From NCBI GenBank assembly GCA_965112155.1, contig OZ218104.1: a stretch of 64,000 bases of DNA; one strand, 5' to 3'. Both the position numbers and the translations under genes were made by a program. Under the pieces are notes generated by a model. The model had not been told where the DNA came from and did not search any database. It worked only from the letters and a program-made list of their open reading frames with translations. Of the stretch, positions 1 to 12,207 are shown in pieces; position 1 is the first letter of the stretch; each line of letters begins with the position of its first letter. This DNA is from Podarcis liolepis (Eukaryota).

Positions 1-1444
1 CATGGCCCTCACTCTGAGAAAGGTTCCCCACCCCTGGGTGAGGAGACACATCTGCCCACGAGCCCAGAAAGCGTCTCTGCCTCCCTCACAATACAAGAAT
101 CATCACACTACCCTACCTTAAAAGCTTGTTTAAAGAGGACAGTATATGTGAGGCTCTTCCAACATTCCAAAGAGTCTGCAAGAAGCAGATTATATACTGG
201 ACCTGGACTAGGGGACCAGTTATGTTCGTTCTGTAATTTCATAAATCATGCGACTTTGTTGCTCCATTTGGTCCTTTTACATTTTTAAAAAAAATGTATT
301 GTGGCATTTCATGGATTGCAAGTTCGCTGTTCTTTTTTATTGATTATAGCCTAGCAATGATTTATTGTAATTGGTGAGAGTGAATTACTGTTTAATTATG
401 ACTCGCTGATATTCTGAGAGTTAATTTAATTGTGTAGTATTATATTCTAAACGGCTTATTGAATATTACTTTATTTGATGTAAGTTGCTTATCTTAAAGC
501 CATTGTTTTATTATTCTGGCTTACTTGCGTTGGATTGGATTGTTGTAGGATGTGTGATCTTGGTTGTAATACCTTGTTGCTTCTGTACCGCCCTGTGTAT
601 AGAAATGTGGCATACAAATTATTAGTGAAATGAAGCGAGATGTTTCATCTGTAGTCTTTTGCCTTCCTTGCCAAGCGTTTGCTCCTTGTAAGCTCCTTGC
701 AGCAGAGACCCTTTCTTAGATCCACTCCCCACACCTGGCCAGCTTCTAGGTCAAAGGGCTGAGAGCTTTCAGGTGAGCACAAGCCCTAACACCTCTCCGT
801 TCACTAATTAAGCACTCCAGGTGGCTTCTTAAACCTTCAGCCACTTAACATACAACCCAGTCCTCGCTCACTAATTGCTCTTTAATTCCCTTTCGGAGAG
901 TGATAATAAAGCAGACCCGAACATAGGCGCTGTGCTCTCTGTCCCACACCTGTGCTCCAAGAATGACACCTGTGCACAGTGATGCCTTGATTAGCCGCTG
1001 AGGCTTTGAAGTGGCTTTTTTTAAGGGAGGGGGGCAGGAGGCAATAAAGGAGGCAGAGCAAGGGCCCGCTTGAAACTTTCCAACTCAACCCCTCCCCCCC
1101 CACGCTCCACGATGCAATGCAGAGGTGCCAACGGACAGGGCTAATTAACAGACGGTTTGCTGCCCCCTCCTTTCTGGCTCTTGCAGATGGTAGTTTGCTT
1201 TAAGGAACAGCTATGCGTCTTGTCAGCAGATTCACACGATCGTTTCTTCATTCTCCTCGACTGAAGAGCCACAAGGGAGAAGCACTTCAAGGGAGCATTT
1301 GGGCCTGGGCCACCCTGCTTACCCTCCGCTGCAGGTGACTCATGGGGACTCCAGATCCCAGGCGCTTGTGCCACCCTCTTGTAGTGGTGGGCCTCACTTT
1401 CAGCCTACGCTCCTGGGGATGCCATCAGAGTTTAAGCCATGGAG

Positions 1445-1705
1445 CAGGGGTCAGCAAACTTTTTCAGCAGGGGGCCAGTCCACTGTCCCTCAGACCTGGT
1501 GGAGGGCCAGACTATATATTTTTTTTTTTGGGGGGGGAGGAATGAACAAATTCCTATGCCCCACAAATAACCCAGAGATGTGTTTTAAATAAAAGGACAC
1601 ATTCTGCTCATGTAAACAGATGCTGATTCCTGGACCGTCCGCGGGCCGGATTTAGAAGGCAGTTTTGCCGGATCCAGCCCCTGGGCCTTAGTTTGCCTAT
1701 CCATG
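1445..1705. mobile_element. Non-autonomous hAT-type DNA transposon (MITE)
   Basis: Starts CAGGGGTCAGCAAACT and ends AGTTTGCCTATCCATG (imperfect TIR). Flanked by 8-mers CCATGGAG / CCCTAGAG (6/8 match). Confidence 0.7.
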
Positions 1706-1713
1706 CCCTAGAG

Positions 1714-1851
1714 CAGCGGTTCTCAACCTGTGGGTCCCCAGATGTTGTTGGACTACAACTCCCATCATCCCTGAGCTCTGGCCTTGCTAGCTAGGGGTGA
1801 TGGGAGTTGTACTTCAACAACATCTGGGGACCCACAAGTTGAGAAAGGCTG
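1714..1851 (+). mobile_element. Palindromic hAT MITE (URR1/Charlie-like), 138 bp
   Basis: Near-perfect foldback (TTCTCAACCTGTGGGTCCCCAGATGTTGTTG...CAACAACATCTGGGGACCCACAAGTTGAGAA). Perfect 8-bp TSD CCCTAGAG at 1706-1713 and 1852-1859. Confidence 0.9.
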
Positions 1852-2050
1852 CCCTAGAGCAAGGGAAAGCCCTTCCCTCTTGCCACACAAGGTCTGGTGG
1901 TGGATGCCATGTGGGGCCTTGAGCAACGCAAGCCGCCAGCTCTGGCACGGAGCTTTAAGCCCTCTCCACCCCCCCCCAAAGCCTTGCAAAACTCTGTTTT
2001 CACCTGCCTCGTCCTGTCCACAGAACTGAAGACTTGCCCTTCCTGTTTTA

Positions 2051-2238
2051 CATAGCTGTCAACTTTCAGATTTGAAAATAAGGGATCAGCAGCCTTGAAA
2101 GTAAGGGATCAGCAGCCTCACCTGTCCTGGGGACAGTCCACGGGATATCTAACAATCTGAGAGAGCAGCGGGAAGCAGTGGGAAACGGTGCTGGAATAAG
2201 GGAATTTCCCACAAAAAAAGGGAAGGTTGACAGCTATG
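2051..2238. mobile_element. MITE with CATAGCTGTCAAC TIRs (long form)
   Basis: 13-bp perfect TIR CATAGCTGTCAAC/GTTGACAGCTATG, internal duplication of TAAGGGATCAGCAGCC, GTTTTA on both flanks. Same ends as 62671-62760. Confidence 0.8.
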
Positions 2239-2559
2239 GTTTTAGCAGTGCAAAGCTATGCCCCAGCAAACGCAAAGGAAAGAGAATTGCCACTGTTAAA
2301 GTCACTTGGCAGAAGAAGAAAAAAACCAGTGGAGAGATTTCCTTGTCCATCCTAATCAGTATACTATGAAAAGTGAAGTGACTTCACTGCATGGCTCCCA
2401 CACAACACCCAGCAGAGAAGCACACTCAGCCCCCACTTCCACCCCCTCATGGGCCAAAACAGCACCTCCTCCCATCCACAACACATGTTACTAGAGTGGG
2501 GCGCCTAGCCACTGATGGCATAAACAGGGAAGCACAATGTGATTCCTGCTAAGAAGAAA

Positions 2560-3010
2560 GGGTTGCTTTAAACTGACCCAACACAAGAGCCGCCCCTCTC
2601 TTCATTTGCATTTCTTTAAAAAGCCCCAAAGAACTGATTAGAAGTTTTAATTGTTTCCAGAAACTTTGAAGCCGTCAAGCTGAGTGGCGGGGCCCCTGCT
2701 TTAAAGACGCCACGATAAAAGCGAGCTCCCAAAATCCTGGCCTTAATTTATCCGAGAACTTGTTAAGATTCCCCCTGTGCCGCTGCCGAACGAATGCACT
2801 TTTGAAGTCATTTACTTACTAATAAATTACAATGGTCTGAAATCATTAGCGGCAAAGTAAATTGTTTTAATTGATCTGAACTTCGTTACGACCCGGGAAT
2901 CTCGTTTCTGCGCAACTGCACTTTCCAAAGGGCTGAAATAACAAATTAATCTCTCTTGAAGCTTGTCATTTTGAGACGGAGCCTTGCTCCCAGGGAGGAA
3001 CAAAAGAGAA
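2560..3010. promoter_or_regulatory. Putative conserved non-coding element / enhancer-like block
   Basis: Repeat-free, retained CpGs, many TAAT/ATTA cores, octamer ATTTGCAT near 2605. Inference from composition only. Confidence 0.35.
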
Positions 3011-3435
3011 AGATCAGCAGCCAAAGGAGCGAGGTGAAGGCGGGGGCTTTCGAAGCTGGAGATGACACCCTCGCTTGAAAGGCTCTTTGGTCCAGGGGTA
3101 GGCAGTGGCCATGTAGGGCTCTTGGCAGGACAACCAGCTCCTTGACATCATTAGTTAATTACCTAATGCTCTCTCCATTTCGGCTTCCTTCCACCTCGTA
3201 CTCAGGAGATGAGGATGCTATACAGAATAACACACAACTCCATTGGATTCCCTTTCCAAACGGTACAGAAATGAGACTCCAACCACAATATTTCACCATC
3301 CACAGGGGTCCTAACCAGGGCAGAATGAAAATTCAGGGGTGCTCTGGAGCCTCTCTCCATCCATCTGTTTGATGGACAGCTTCCAATGTCCTCTCTCTTG
3401 GATGCAAACTCCCATCATTCCGTCACAGTCAAATA

Positions 3436-3661
3436 CAGTGGTACCTCGGGTTACATACGCTTCAGGTTACAGACTCCGCTAACCCAGAAATATTACCTCA
3501 GGTTAAGAACTTTGCTTCAGGATGAAAACAGAAATTGTGCTCCAGTGGTGCAGCGGCAGCAGGAAGCTCCATTAGCTAAAGTGGTGCTTCAGGTTAAGAA
3601 CAGTTTCAGATTAAGAACAGACCTCTAGAACAAATTAAGTTCTTAACCTGAGGTACCACTG
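3436..3661. mobile_element. pogo/Tigger-like MITE
   Basis: TA TSD. TIR CAGTGGTACCTC...GAGGTACCACTG. Repeated CAGGTTAAGAAC motif. Sister copy at 33618-33848. Confidence 0.9.
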
Positions 3662-5486
3662 TATGGCTAAGGAATGGGGCCCAGGGTGGGGCTATGCAGA
3701 TGAAGGGGGAGGAGCTTGGTTTATTAGCATCGTTACCATTACTGAAATTTCTATACTGTCTCTTCACATGAGGAACCCAGGGTGGTTTGCAATATAAAAA
3801 CTCAAAAACAACATACCACAATAACAAACAAAAAGCAATGCACCCGCATAAGGACTCACACTTCTCAGTGTGTTGAGTTCTGTAGGACAAATTAAGCAGG
3901 CTGTCTCTGGGGAAACAGCTCTGGCAGGATCGCTCAGAGGTTTCTGGCTAGCATGGGCAGTGCTTAGGATTGTGGGGTGAGGGACTGGCCTTGCTTTGGG
4001 GTTCAAGACACCTGCTTCAGCGCCTGCTTGCAGCTTGCACAGCCAGTGGGTTTGCTCATTGCAAAAAGTCTTTTCAGCTCCCACTATGCTCTTGTCGAAA
4101 AAGAAACTGGCTCTCAGCTGCCCTAGAACATTCCAGCATCAGGATCAATCCAGGTGAGCAAAGAGAAGATTCATTTGTGAAGCATAAATGGAGATGAGCA
4201 AATTTCCCCAGCTCAGATTGTTCCCCAGGTCCGCTCTGCCCTGGGTTCCACTCCTCCTGAGTATCAATTTAATCTGGAGAACTTCTAAAATTAATCTCAG
4301 AAGCAGAGTGTGCACAGATTCCTTCCATCAATTTGCCTCCCTTCCCTCCACCTTTGAAAATGAGTGGTGCACAGGTACACTCTGATGGAAAGATGCCCAG
4401 AAATAAAGAAGGGGAGGGGGGGAAACGACAATATTTGGCTGCGAAATGCCCGACTGCCATTCTTTCTGTGTGATGTTCCACTGATGTGCAGTCGCACTTC
4501 TGCACACTGACAAAACGTGGCATCAAAGCATCAGATGTGGCAGGAAGCTGTGGCTCATGGCACACGTTCAGCCCTCCATACAAAACTGAGATGTTCAAAA
4601 ATGGAATAATGGAGAATGCCCAATGCACTGTGGAAGCTTGGCTAGGTAAGCTTGAACTCCCAAGAACTGGGGAGAAAATTGGTCAAAGAGAATTCTTTCA
4701 AGCATCTTCCAAAAGCAGCCTCACATAGCCTGCATTTCTCGTCGCTACTGATGAGGTGGACAGATACCCAGGATGCTTTGGGGAGGCCAAGGGGGGGGGA
4801 TCTACTGCCTAAAAACTGTTCATTGTTGTGGCTGAAAACATGCCAATTTTTATCCCAGAGGTAAGTCCAGCAAAGGGTCCAGAGCAGCTGCTACCAGGTT
4901 TGATTTGGGAGTGAGTGACCACATTAAGAATGACAATCAAGCACCAGTCTGTGCCTCTTTCTGAAGAGGGGAAAGGACCCCATCTAGGAATGGTCAGCCC
5001 CTTCCCACAGATACCCCTTTCCTAAATAGCATGAAAGGTGCTTACATCAGCCGGAGGAGCAGAAAACTGCCTATGTGTCAAAGCCACTCATTTGGCCGAG
5101 CCATGATTGATAGCAATGAGAAGCTGTTCCTGTCGCAGGCTGGACCCTAGCTCAACTCAGTGCCACATCTTCCTTGCTAAAACAGAACTGCGCATGTGCT
5201 CGCATGCGTGCACACACACATACCAGTATTGCAGAAACACAAGTTGCAACACACACAGGGTGAATATATTCTCCCTCTTTGACAAGGAGGATGATTCCCT
5301 TCATTAGACTGCTTAGCTTTCCAAACACACACCATCCTAATTAGATTTTGCATTTAATTTCTTCGAGTAGCTTGTGATGAGGAGACGGCATTTGTCCTAG
5401 ATAAATGTATTCATTAATAGAGTCTATTATAGTGTTTCCCCACTCTGATTCCTTCTGGTAGGAGAATGGCAATTAAACATGACCTT

Positions 5487-5488
<2 letters not shown>

Positions 5489-5532
<44 letters not shown>
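5489..5532. repeat. (AT)n microsatellite
   Basis: Direct observation. Confidence 0.97.
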
Positions 5533-5535
<3 letters not shown>

Positions 5536-5712
5536 TGCTGGCCATAGCTGGCTTGCTCTCTTCCTGCTAAGCCAAAAGTGTAGCCCAACCGCAGACCCGT
5601 GAATCTGGATGCAGGAGTTCTAGCGCATGGCCCCCTCGGTTGGATTATCACCTGGAATCTGACCCTTCGGACAGGAACCATTAACCCCAGGATTGTACAA
5701 GATATCCCTAGT

Positions 5713-5825
5713 GCAGGGGTGCCTTCTAAATGTTGTTGGACTACAACTCCCGTCAGTGCCAGCCAGCACAGCTAATGGTCAGGGATGATGGGAGTTGAAG
5801 TTCATCAACATCTGGAGGGCACAAT
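5713..5825. mobile_element. Degenerate URR1-like hAT MITE
   Basis: GTTGGACTACAACTCCC...GATGATGGGAGTTG...CATCTGGAGGGC motifs shared with 1714-1851 and 6132-6267. Confidence 0.65.
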
Positions 5826-6131
5826 GGGTAGTCTCAGTTGTCTAAGTCCAACTAAGTACACCCGTTGAAATCAACGGACCTAAGCTGGTCAGGCTACTCA
5901 TTAACTTCAATAGGCCTACTCTGAATAGGGCTAGTATGATGGCTATCACAAGGAGTGGACAATTTCTCTGCCATCCCAGAACCAAATAGGGGAAGATAGA
6001 GGAAGTAGCCCAATTCTCCTAGAAGCTCCATGGCCCAGGTTTCGTGGGCAGTATAGACTTGTGTTTTTCTGCCCCCAAGAAGCATGCTAGATACAAGTGT
6101 CTCCCCACTCCTAGTGACAGATCTGTTATCC

Positions 6132-6267
6132 CAAGCTTCCTCAACCTCGGCCCTCCAGATGTTTTTGCCCTACAACCCCCATGACCCCTAGCTTGCAGGA
6201 CCAGTGGTCAGGGATGATGGGAATTGTAGTCTCAAAATATCTGGAGGGCCGAGGTTGAGGAAGCCTG
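6132..6267. mobile_element. Palindromic hAT MITE (URR1-like), 136 bp
   Basis: Long TIR GCTTCCTCAACCTCGGCCCTCCAGAT/ATCTGGAGGGCCGAGGTTGAGGAAGC. TSD TGTTATCC/TGTCATCC (7/8). Confidence 0.88.
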
Positions 6268-7254
6268 TGTCATCCCCTCTGCAAAGGTGTGTGGTTCACT
6301 CCCTTGCTGCCTGATCCTATTCCTGTGCCATTCCTTTCAATGGGTGACTTGCTCTGCAGAGTTGTGGCCCCAGTCCTTAGGTACATCTCTCTTTGGGATG
6401 CAGATGAGATGAATGGATGAAATGTAACTTTAGGTGCCCATGCCCAAATCCATCATCCCCACAGCTCCCCCGAGTACCACCTTTATTGCAGAGAAGAGAA
6501 AGGGTGCTTCTCCCTCCCTCCCTCCCTCTCTCAGTGTTGTGTCTGGAGTGGGACTTGTTCCATAGGCCCTTTGAACATCGCCATGAGGAACTGCTGCTGC
6601 TGTGCAGACCAAGGATTGCCCAGGAGTGCTGACGCTGGGGATGTGTTTTGTGGATGTCAGCCTTCCAGATAAACACAGTGGATGGTTGCGGGGGTGGGGT
6701 GGGGTGGGAGGAGACCGGCCCCTTTGCCTTCTCTCCATGTAAACACAGAGTTGATGCCAAGTAAGCAACATTAGGCCTGATGTGCAGAGGCTGCAAGGCA
6801 TTAGTCACCCTGATAAGTTTAATGTATAATTTAGAAACAGATCATCAAAATGGAAAGGAGAGGAGCTCTTAAATAACTCTGAAGGGTGTTCAGCTCAGGG
6901 TTTGCACACAACAGTTAATGTTTCAAGAGGAGTGCCTGAGCCCCGGGCGTGCATTTTAGCTGGGGACCAGAGTAATTTGATTTAGAAGGCAAGGGCGCTT
7001 TCGGAAGAGAACTTGCTCATATCTGTCCACAGGCCTGGTGGGCACTCGGAGGCTTCATCCAACTTTGCCCAAGAGGCCTCCGGTTCTGAAATGCAAGACT
7101 CTCAAAATGCATTGCTTGGGGAGAGACGAGTGCACAACTTCTCCCCGACCGTGGCTAAGCCAGCCGTGCAAAATCTTGCCACAAGGACCCCGCAAAGAAC
7201 AATGTCAGCTCTAGAGAGTTACCCATCAGGGCTATGTGAATGTTGTTCATCTCC

Positions 7255-7457
7255 TGATGGCTCTACTCTGTGCCTCTGTGGTCAGAGGGAGCAATGCTTC
7301 TGAATACCAGTTGTTGGAAACCACAGGTCTTGCGCTCAGGTCCTGCTTGTGGGTTTCCCACAGTGGACATCTGTTTGGCCACTGTGAGAACAGGATGCTG
7401 GACTAGATGGGCCATTGGCCGGACCCAGCAGGCTCTTCTTATGTTCTCATATTCTTG
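7255..7457 (+). mobile_element. CR1 LINE 3' end (long-3'UTR family, CTTATGTT tail)
   Basis: GGCCACTGTGAGAACAGGATGCTGGACTAGATGGGCCATTGG...CTTATGTTC. The same 3'UTR is joined to CR1 ORF2 remnants at 16350-17110. Confidence 0.75.
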
Positions 7458-7591
7458 GGGGAGGGAGGGACACCAAAAAGTTGCAGAAATGTGGCATCGA
7501 TAAGGTGAAAATTCAACCTCCCAATAAACTCTCCTGGGTGCCTTGCAGTTGCCTGGCTAGGTCAACCCTTGACACCTGCTGGCCCCAAATA

Positions 7592-7801
7592 CAGTTGCAC
7601 CTTGGAAGTCGAACACATTGCTAGTCGAATGTTTTGGCTCCTGAATGTCGCAAACCCGGAAGTGATTGTTCCAGTTTGCGAACGTTCTTTGGAACCCAAA
7701 CGTCCATTGAGGCTTCTGATTGGCTGCAGGAGCTTTTTGAACATTTTGGAAGTCAAATGGATTTCCGGGATGGATTCTGTTCAACTTCCGAGGTACCACT
7801 G
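7592..7801. mobile_element. pogo/Tigger-like MITE (second family)
   Basis: TA TSD. Ends CAGTTGCACCTTGGAAGT / ACTTCCGAGGTACCACTG. Confidence 0.8.
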
Positions 7802-8394
7802 TACCTCTTTTCTTCCCCACAAAGAATTATTTCCTTTCTGGGGACTGTGGGACATCACATTTTTCTTTCAGGAATCTGGAAGGAATTTTTTTAGGGCAGA
7901 GAGAAAGTGCAAGAAGGACAGCTCCTCATGCTGCCAGCTTTGTGAATGGCTTTATCACGTCTTTTTAGCCCTGACAAAACCCACTCTCCTACTTAAAAAG
8001 CATCAACACACCCATTCTTCTTGCCTGTACACCTCAGGCCTCCTGGCAGTTAATCTCCCTCAAACCCTAAAGCATTGGCGAGAATGAAAAATGGAGATGC
8101 CAAGCTGGCCCAGCCTCAAAAGACTATTGTTAGAAATGAGATTGTGGCAGTTGTCAGCAAGGGAGGAAAGAGAGCAGGAGGGGAAGAGGAAAGGGACATT
8201 TAGGGCGATGCATCTCTGACACTCTGACAGCAACAGGCACCAGGATCAAGAGGAGCACATCTAAACTGTCAGGGCAGAGGTGCAAACTTCCCTGGAAGAT
8301 AATGCGATTTGGATTGTTGGCTCTTGCAAAACAGAAAAAGCGAGATGGAAATTATGTCCATCCAGGTGATACTTCTCTGTTTCCCTAGACAAAT

Positions 8395-8615
8395 TCATTG
8401 GTGGCTACTAACCATGCTGGCTATATTCTGTGCCTCCACGGTCAGAGGCAGCCATGCTTGTGAATACCAATTGCTAGAAACTGCAGGAGAGGAGAGTGCT
8501 CTTGTGCTTGGGTCTCGCTTGCCAATTCCCCACTGGGCATCTGGCTGGCCAATGCGAGAACAGGATAATGGACTTATATGGGTCCCCTTCAGCCTCATCA
8601 AAGCTGCAGGGTTCT
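8395..8615 (+). mobile_element. CR1 3'UTR fragment
   Basis: Same family motifs as 7255-7457 (GAATACCAATTGCTAGAAAC...GAGAACAGGAT). Confidence 0.65.
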
Positions 8616-9409
8616 GATTACGTGCTGATGGCATCATGTTGGACTTGGATATGCCTTGATGCCTTTAAAGATCTTGTGATATGCCTCTTTCCCACTGCCT
8701 CCCATCAACTGTGCCTTCTCTGGGCAGAATCTCCAATTGGGACCTCTCCAAGACTGCTGTCTATGGTTGGTCCACCCTTCTCCCGTACTGCCCCCCATCA
8801 CCTGCAGTGGAAAGGAAGGTCATTTGGGGGAGACGCTGGCCATGCTGTCAGGAGAGAAGCTTCTGCCTGGGGAATTGTGTGTGTGTGTGAGAGAGAGAAG
8901 TGGGGGCGGGGAAAGAGAGAGAGATGGACATGTCTTGACAGTGATCTTCACAGGGCCATCTGGGCCACATGAGGATCTTTAGATATGGGCAAGGGGCATG
9001 GAGCCTTGTAAGCTCTCTGCTCAGATGAACAAAAAGCGAGTGAGTAAGTGAGAGAGAGATGGGGAGGGAAACCAATTTATGGGAGGTAAAAATAGCCAGC
9101 CTTTGTGCAGGGAGGGCTTCTTTTTTTAGAAGAGCGGAAAACATGGAACTCTTCTCCAGCTGGAGCCAAAAGGCAGCATTCTGTGAATAACAAAGTGGGA
9201 ATCTGCTCTGATCCACTAACCCACTTTAGGGCAGCTTGAGAACAAAAGAGGAGGGGGAATCCAAGCTGGATGGTGGCGATTCGGCACTGCTGGCATAAGC
9301 CCAGGTGGCCTGGCTCCCACCTGACAGCCATCAGGACTTTGGGTCCTCTTTAAAGAATTAGTAATGAAATAGAGCAGTTGAAGGAGAATAGATAAATACA
9401 GTTCACAAG

Positions 9410-9461
9410 GAAGAAGAAGAAGAAGGAGGAGGAGGAGGAGGAGGAAGAGGAGGAGGAGGAG
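9410..9461. repeat. (GAA)n(GGA)n purine microsatellite
   Basis: Direct observation. Confidence 0.9.
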
Positions 9462-9532
9462 ACTGTTTTTGATGTGCAGAGCTGTGTGCCTGCTCCCAGG
9501 ATGCTTTGGGGGAAGCCATGATGGGAAGACTA

Positions 9533-9784
9533 CAGTGGACACTCGGGTTGCGAACGTGATCCGTGTGGGATGCACGTTCGCAACCTGCAGCGTTCGCAAC
9601 CCGCATCTGCGCACGTGAGGGTTGCGATTCGGCGCTTCTGCGCATGCACAAAGCACGATTTAGTGCTTCTGCACATGCGCAACTGCCAAAACCTGGAAGT
9701 AACCCGTTCTGGTACTTCTGGGTTTCAGCAGTCCGCAACCCAAAAAGACACAACCTGAAGCGGTTGTAACCAGAGGTATGACTG
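9533..9784. mobile_element. pogo/Tigger-like MITE (third family, CpG-rich)
   Basis: TA TSD. Ends CAGTGGACACTCGGGTTGC / GTAACCAGAGGTATGACTG. Repeated CGCAACC motif. Confidence 0.75.
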
Positions 9785-10659
9785 TACTTTCCATGTACAG
9801 TGTAGATGTGGCCCAAGAGTGCAAACCACAGCTTGCATTGTGATATACGTCAGTCGAGAATTTGCAGGGTATGTGTGCGTGAGAGAGAGCATTGCTATTT
9901 AATTTTGATGAGTTTGCCATGTTTTGAGTTCTGATGAATTTTGGCAGACAGCATGGCAGAAGAGATGTGGGATTATGGGAAGAGAGAGAGAAGAGAAGAG
10001 ATGGGGAGGTGGAGAAGGGGGCACATTCAGACTTGGGGGACAGATGAGGACCCCTTCACCTTTTTGTAAGTGTCTCCACAGAGATTTGAACTCCAGCATC
10101 ATTAATTCCTGTGTGGGGTCTTAGGTACACCAGGTACCACATCAACGGCGGGGAAGGCAGACATTTATTCTGGCCCACAGACATATTTTGGTATTGATTC
10201 TACATACATGAACAGTCACTGCAGAGACACAAAAATGAGTGGGGAAATTGCTAATGACGGTGTTGCTCTATCAAGCTCCACAAGCCATTGATAACTCTCG
10301 ATATAATGAAAAGCGATCACAAGTCACACAATAGTGTGACCAACATTCCATTGCATGATAGCACATCTAAGAAACAGAACCCAGGCAGGAGCAGATGAAC
10401 AGGGTAGATAGTTAGAGGTGAGAGGGGGTGTCCCTTCCTTTCCAGTGGTGTCCCTTCCTTTCCCTTTCAGACCTGTAAGGGAAATTACACAGCTACTCTT
10501 TGGGGCCTTCTTGTAATAAGGGCAAAATCTGTCCTCTCTCTTTCTCTCTCCCTCCTGTGTTTCACCAAGTAGGTATCAAATGGCTTACAGGGATGAAATT
10601 TACAATACACAATATTAAAAGCATAAATTAAACCTCAAGGTATGATCTCAACAGGAGGG

Positions 10660-10797
10660 CCTGGGCAGCTCAGTTGGTTAGAGCGTGGTTCTGATAACGC
10701 CCAGGTTGCAAGTTCGATCCCCGTATGGGACAGCTGCATTGCAGGGGGTTGGACTAGAAGATCTTTAGGGTCTCTTCCAACTCTACAATCCTATGAT
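10660..10797 (+). mobile_element. tRNA-Ile-headed SINE with CR1-derived tail
   Basis: Head AGCTCAGTTGGTTAGAGCGTGG..CTGATAACG..GTTCGATCCCCGTA resembles vertebrate tRNA-Ile (A and B boxes). Tail TGCATTGCAGGGGGTTGGACTAG...TTCCAACTCTACAATCCTATGA matches the CR1 3' end at 39776-39847. Confidence 0.8.
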
Positions 10798-12110
10798 AAG
10801 CAAAGCGTCTGAGAAGCATTTAGGAAGCCAAAGCCTCCTGAAAGGAAACCGTTTTGAGCAGGTGCCTGAAGCTCAGTACAGACAGTGCCTGAGCAATGAT
10901 GGGCAGGTGCACCAAACAGGGAGAGGAGTCCTCTCTTGCCAGGGTTTCTCCAGGTGCCACGATGTACTCCCCGCCCCCCCCACACTGCTCACAGAGACAC
11001 TCTGCACATGCACACACCATGCTGCCCTCTTGATAGCATTCCAGGGTGCCAGCAGAGCAGCTCAGTCAGGCCTGATGGAACGAAAGCCTTTCTTTCGTGC
11101 AACCATCCTGGCTCCCGCAGAGAATTTATGGGGCTGTGAAAGGTGCAAAGAGCTGCCGGCGGCTCTTCCTCAGCACCCTGCGCCTCCCTACCCCCCCACA
11201 TGCTCTTCACTTCAGCACCATTGCCATTTCGAGCACATCCCTGCCCAGCCAGACCAAGCCTGTAAACAACCTCACACTTCATCATCCCTTCGATTCCGGC
11301 AGCTTGGCTGCCTTTGATGTAGCTGGCCTGAGCCCCCTCTATGCGAGGCTCCTTGCTCTAAGTGCGTTTTAATAATGCAGCACCTCTGTGCAGTGGCGCC
11401 CGTGGAAGTGCAGTGCTGGAGAGTGGCTGGGATCTGTGGTGAGACCGGAGAGGTGATCTGGGGATGAGCCAGGAGGCCTCCCAAGTTTAGCAGTTATTAA
11501 TTACGGACACTTTCCTGGAGAACCATTGGAAGGGAAAAAATAACTGCGCTCGGAGTTTGGGCATAATGAGCAAAGACTCTTTGGCACTGGGGAGGTGTGG
11601 CATCTTCCAGAAGGCCGGATCGATAGAGTTGCCCATCTGCTAATGTATTAAGCTGGCTCTCTGCAAACAACGCCTTTCCGTGGTCTCCTCTTGCCCCTCC
11701 TTTTCTGCTGATGGAGTTGCCCTCCTCCTCGCAGGGAGACCTTTCTCAAACAGGAATGCAGCTCTACACACTTATTTTCAGACTCTGCCAATGTCTAGGT
11801 GCCTCGTCTTCGCCCAGGAAACCTCAGGGGTGGCTTCCCTTTGGAAAAATTCATGCTCCAGATTGCTCCCAATAACACACACACATACACCCCCCCTCTC
11901 CCTCCCTACATGCACATTGGGTTGTATCCAATGCCAGTCCTACACAGAGTAGACCTACTTAGCTGGATATGGCCAAATATTCTAATATTCTCTTGCTTCA
12001 TACAGGGATCTGTACCGAGGGAGTATGAGGCTCCCAGCTGAAGCAGAACAAAGTAGAGATCAGACAAGATCCAGCACCTTGGAGAGCTCCCAGGTACCCA
12101 AACTTTCCCC

Positions 12111-12159
12111 TCTTGTGTATCTGAAGAAGTGTGCATGCACACGAAAGCTCATACCAAGA
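12111..12159 (+). ncRNA. Minimal type I hammerhead ribozyme motif
   Basis: Stem I GTAT(12117-20)/ATAC(12151-54). Core CUGAAGA 12121-27, then an extra A. Stem II GTGTG-CATG-CACAC. GAAA 12143-46. Palindromic AGCT in place of a full stem III. CUC cleavage triplet ending at 12150. Confidence 0.7.
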
Positions 12160-12207
12160 ACTAACTTAGTTGGTCTTTAAGGTGCTACTGGAAGGAATTT
12201 TTTTATT
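12115..12207 (+). mobile_element. Short Penelope-like element (PLE) terminal fragment
   Basis: CTGAAGAAGTGTGCATGCACACGAAAGCTCATACC...GTTGGTCTTTAAGGTGCTACTGG is the type of motif seen in squamate PLE terminal repeats. 11-bp direct repeat TTTCCCCTCTT at 12104-12114 and 12208-12218. Confidence 0.75.

Noticed and set aside
10660-10735. Possible tRNA-Ile gene (also 34050, 46130)
   Set aside because: Stems are mutated, there is no poly-T terminator, and it is fused directly to a CR1 tail, so it is a SINE head.
10793-11317. 174-aa ORF
   Set aside because: Starts in a SINE tail, has no recognisable motifs or convincing splice context; GC-rich chance ORF.
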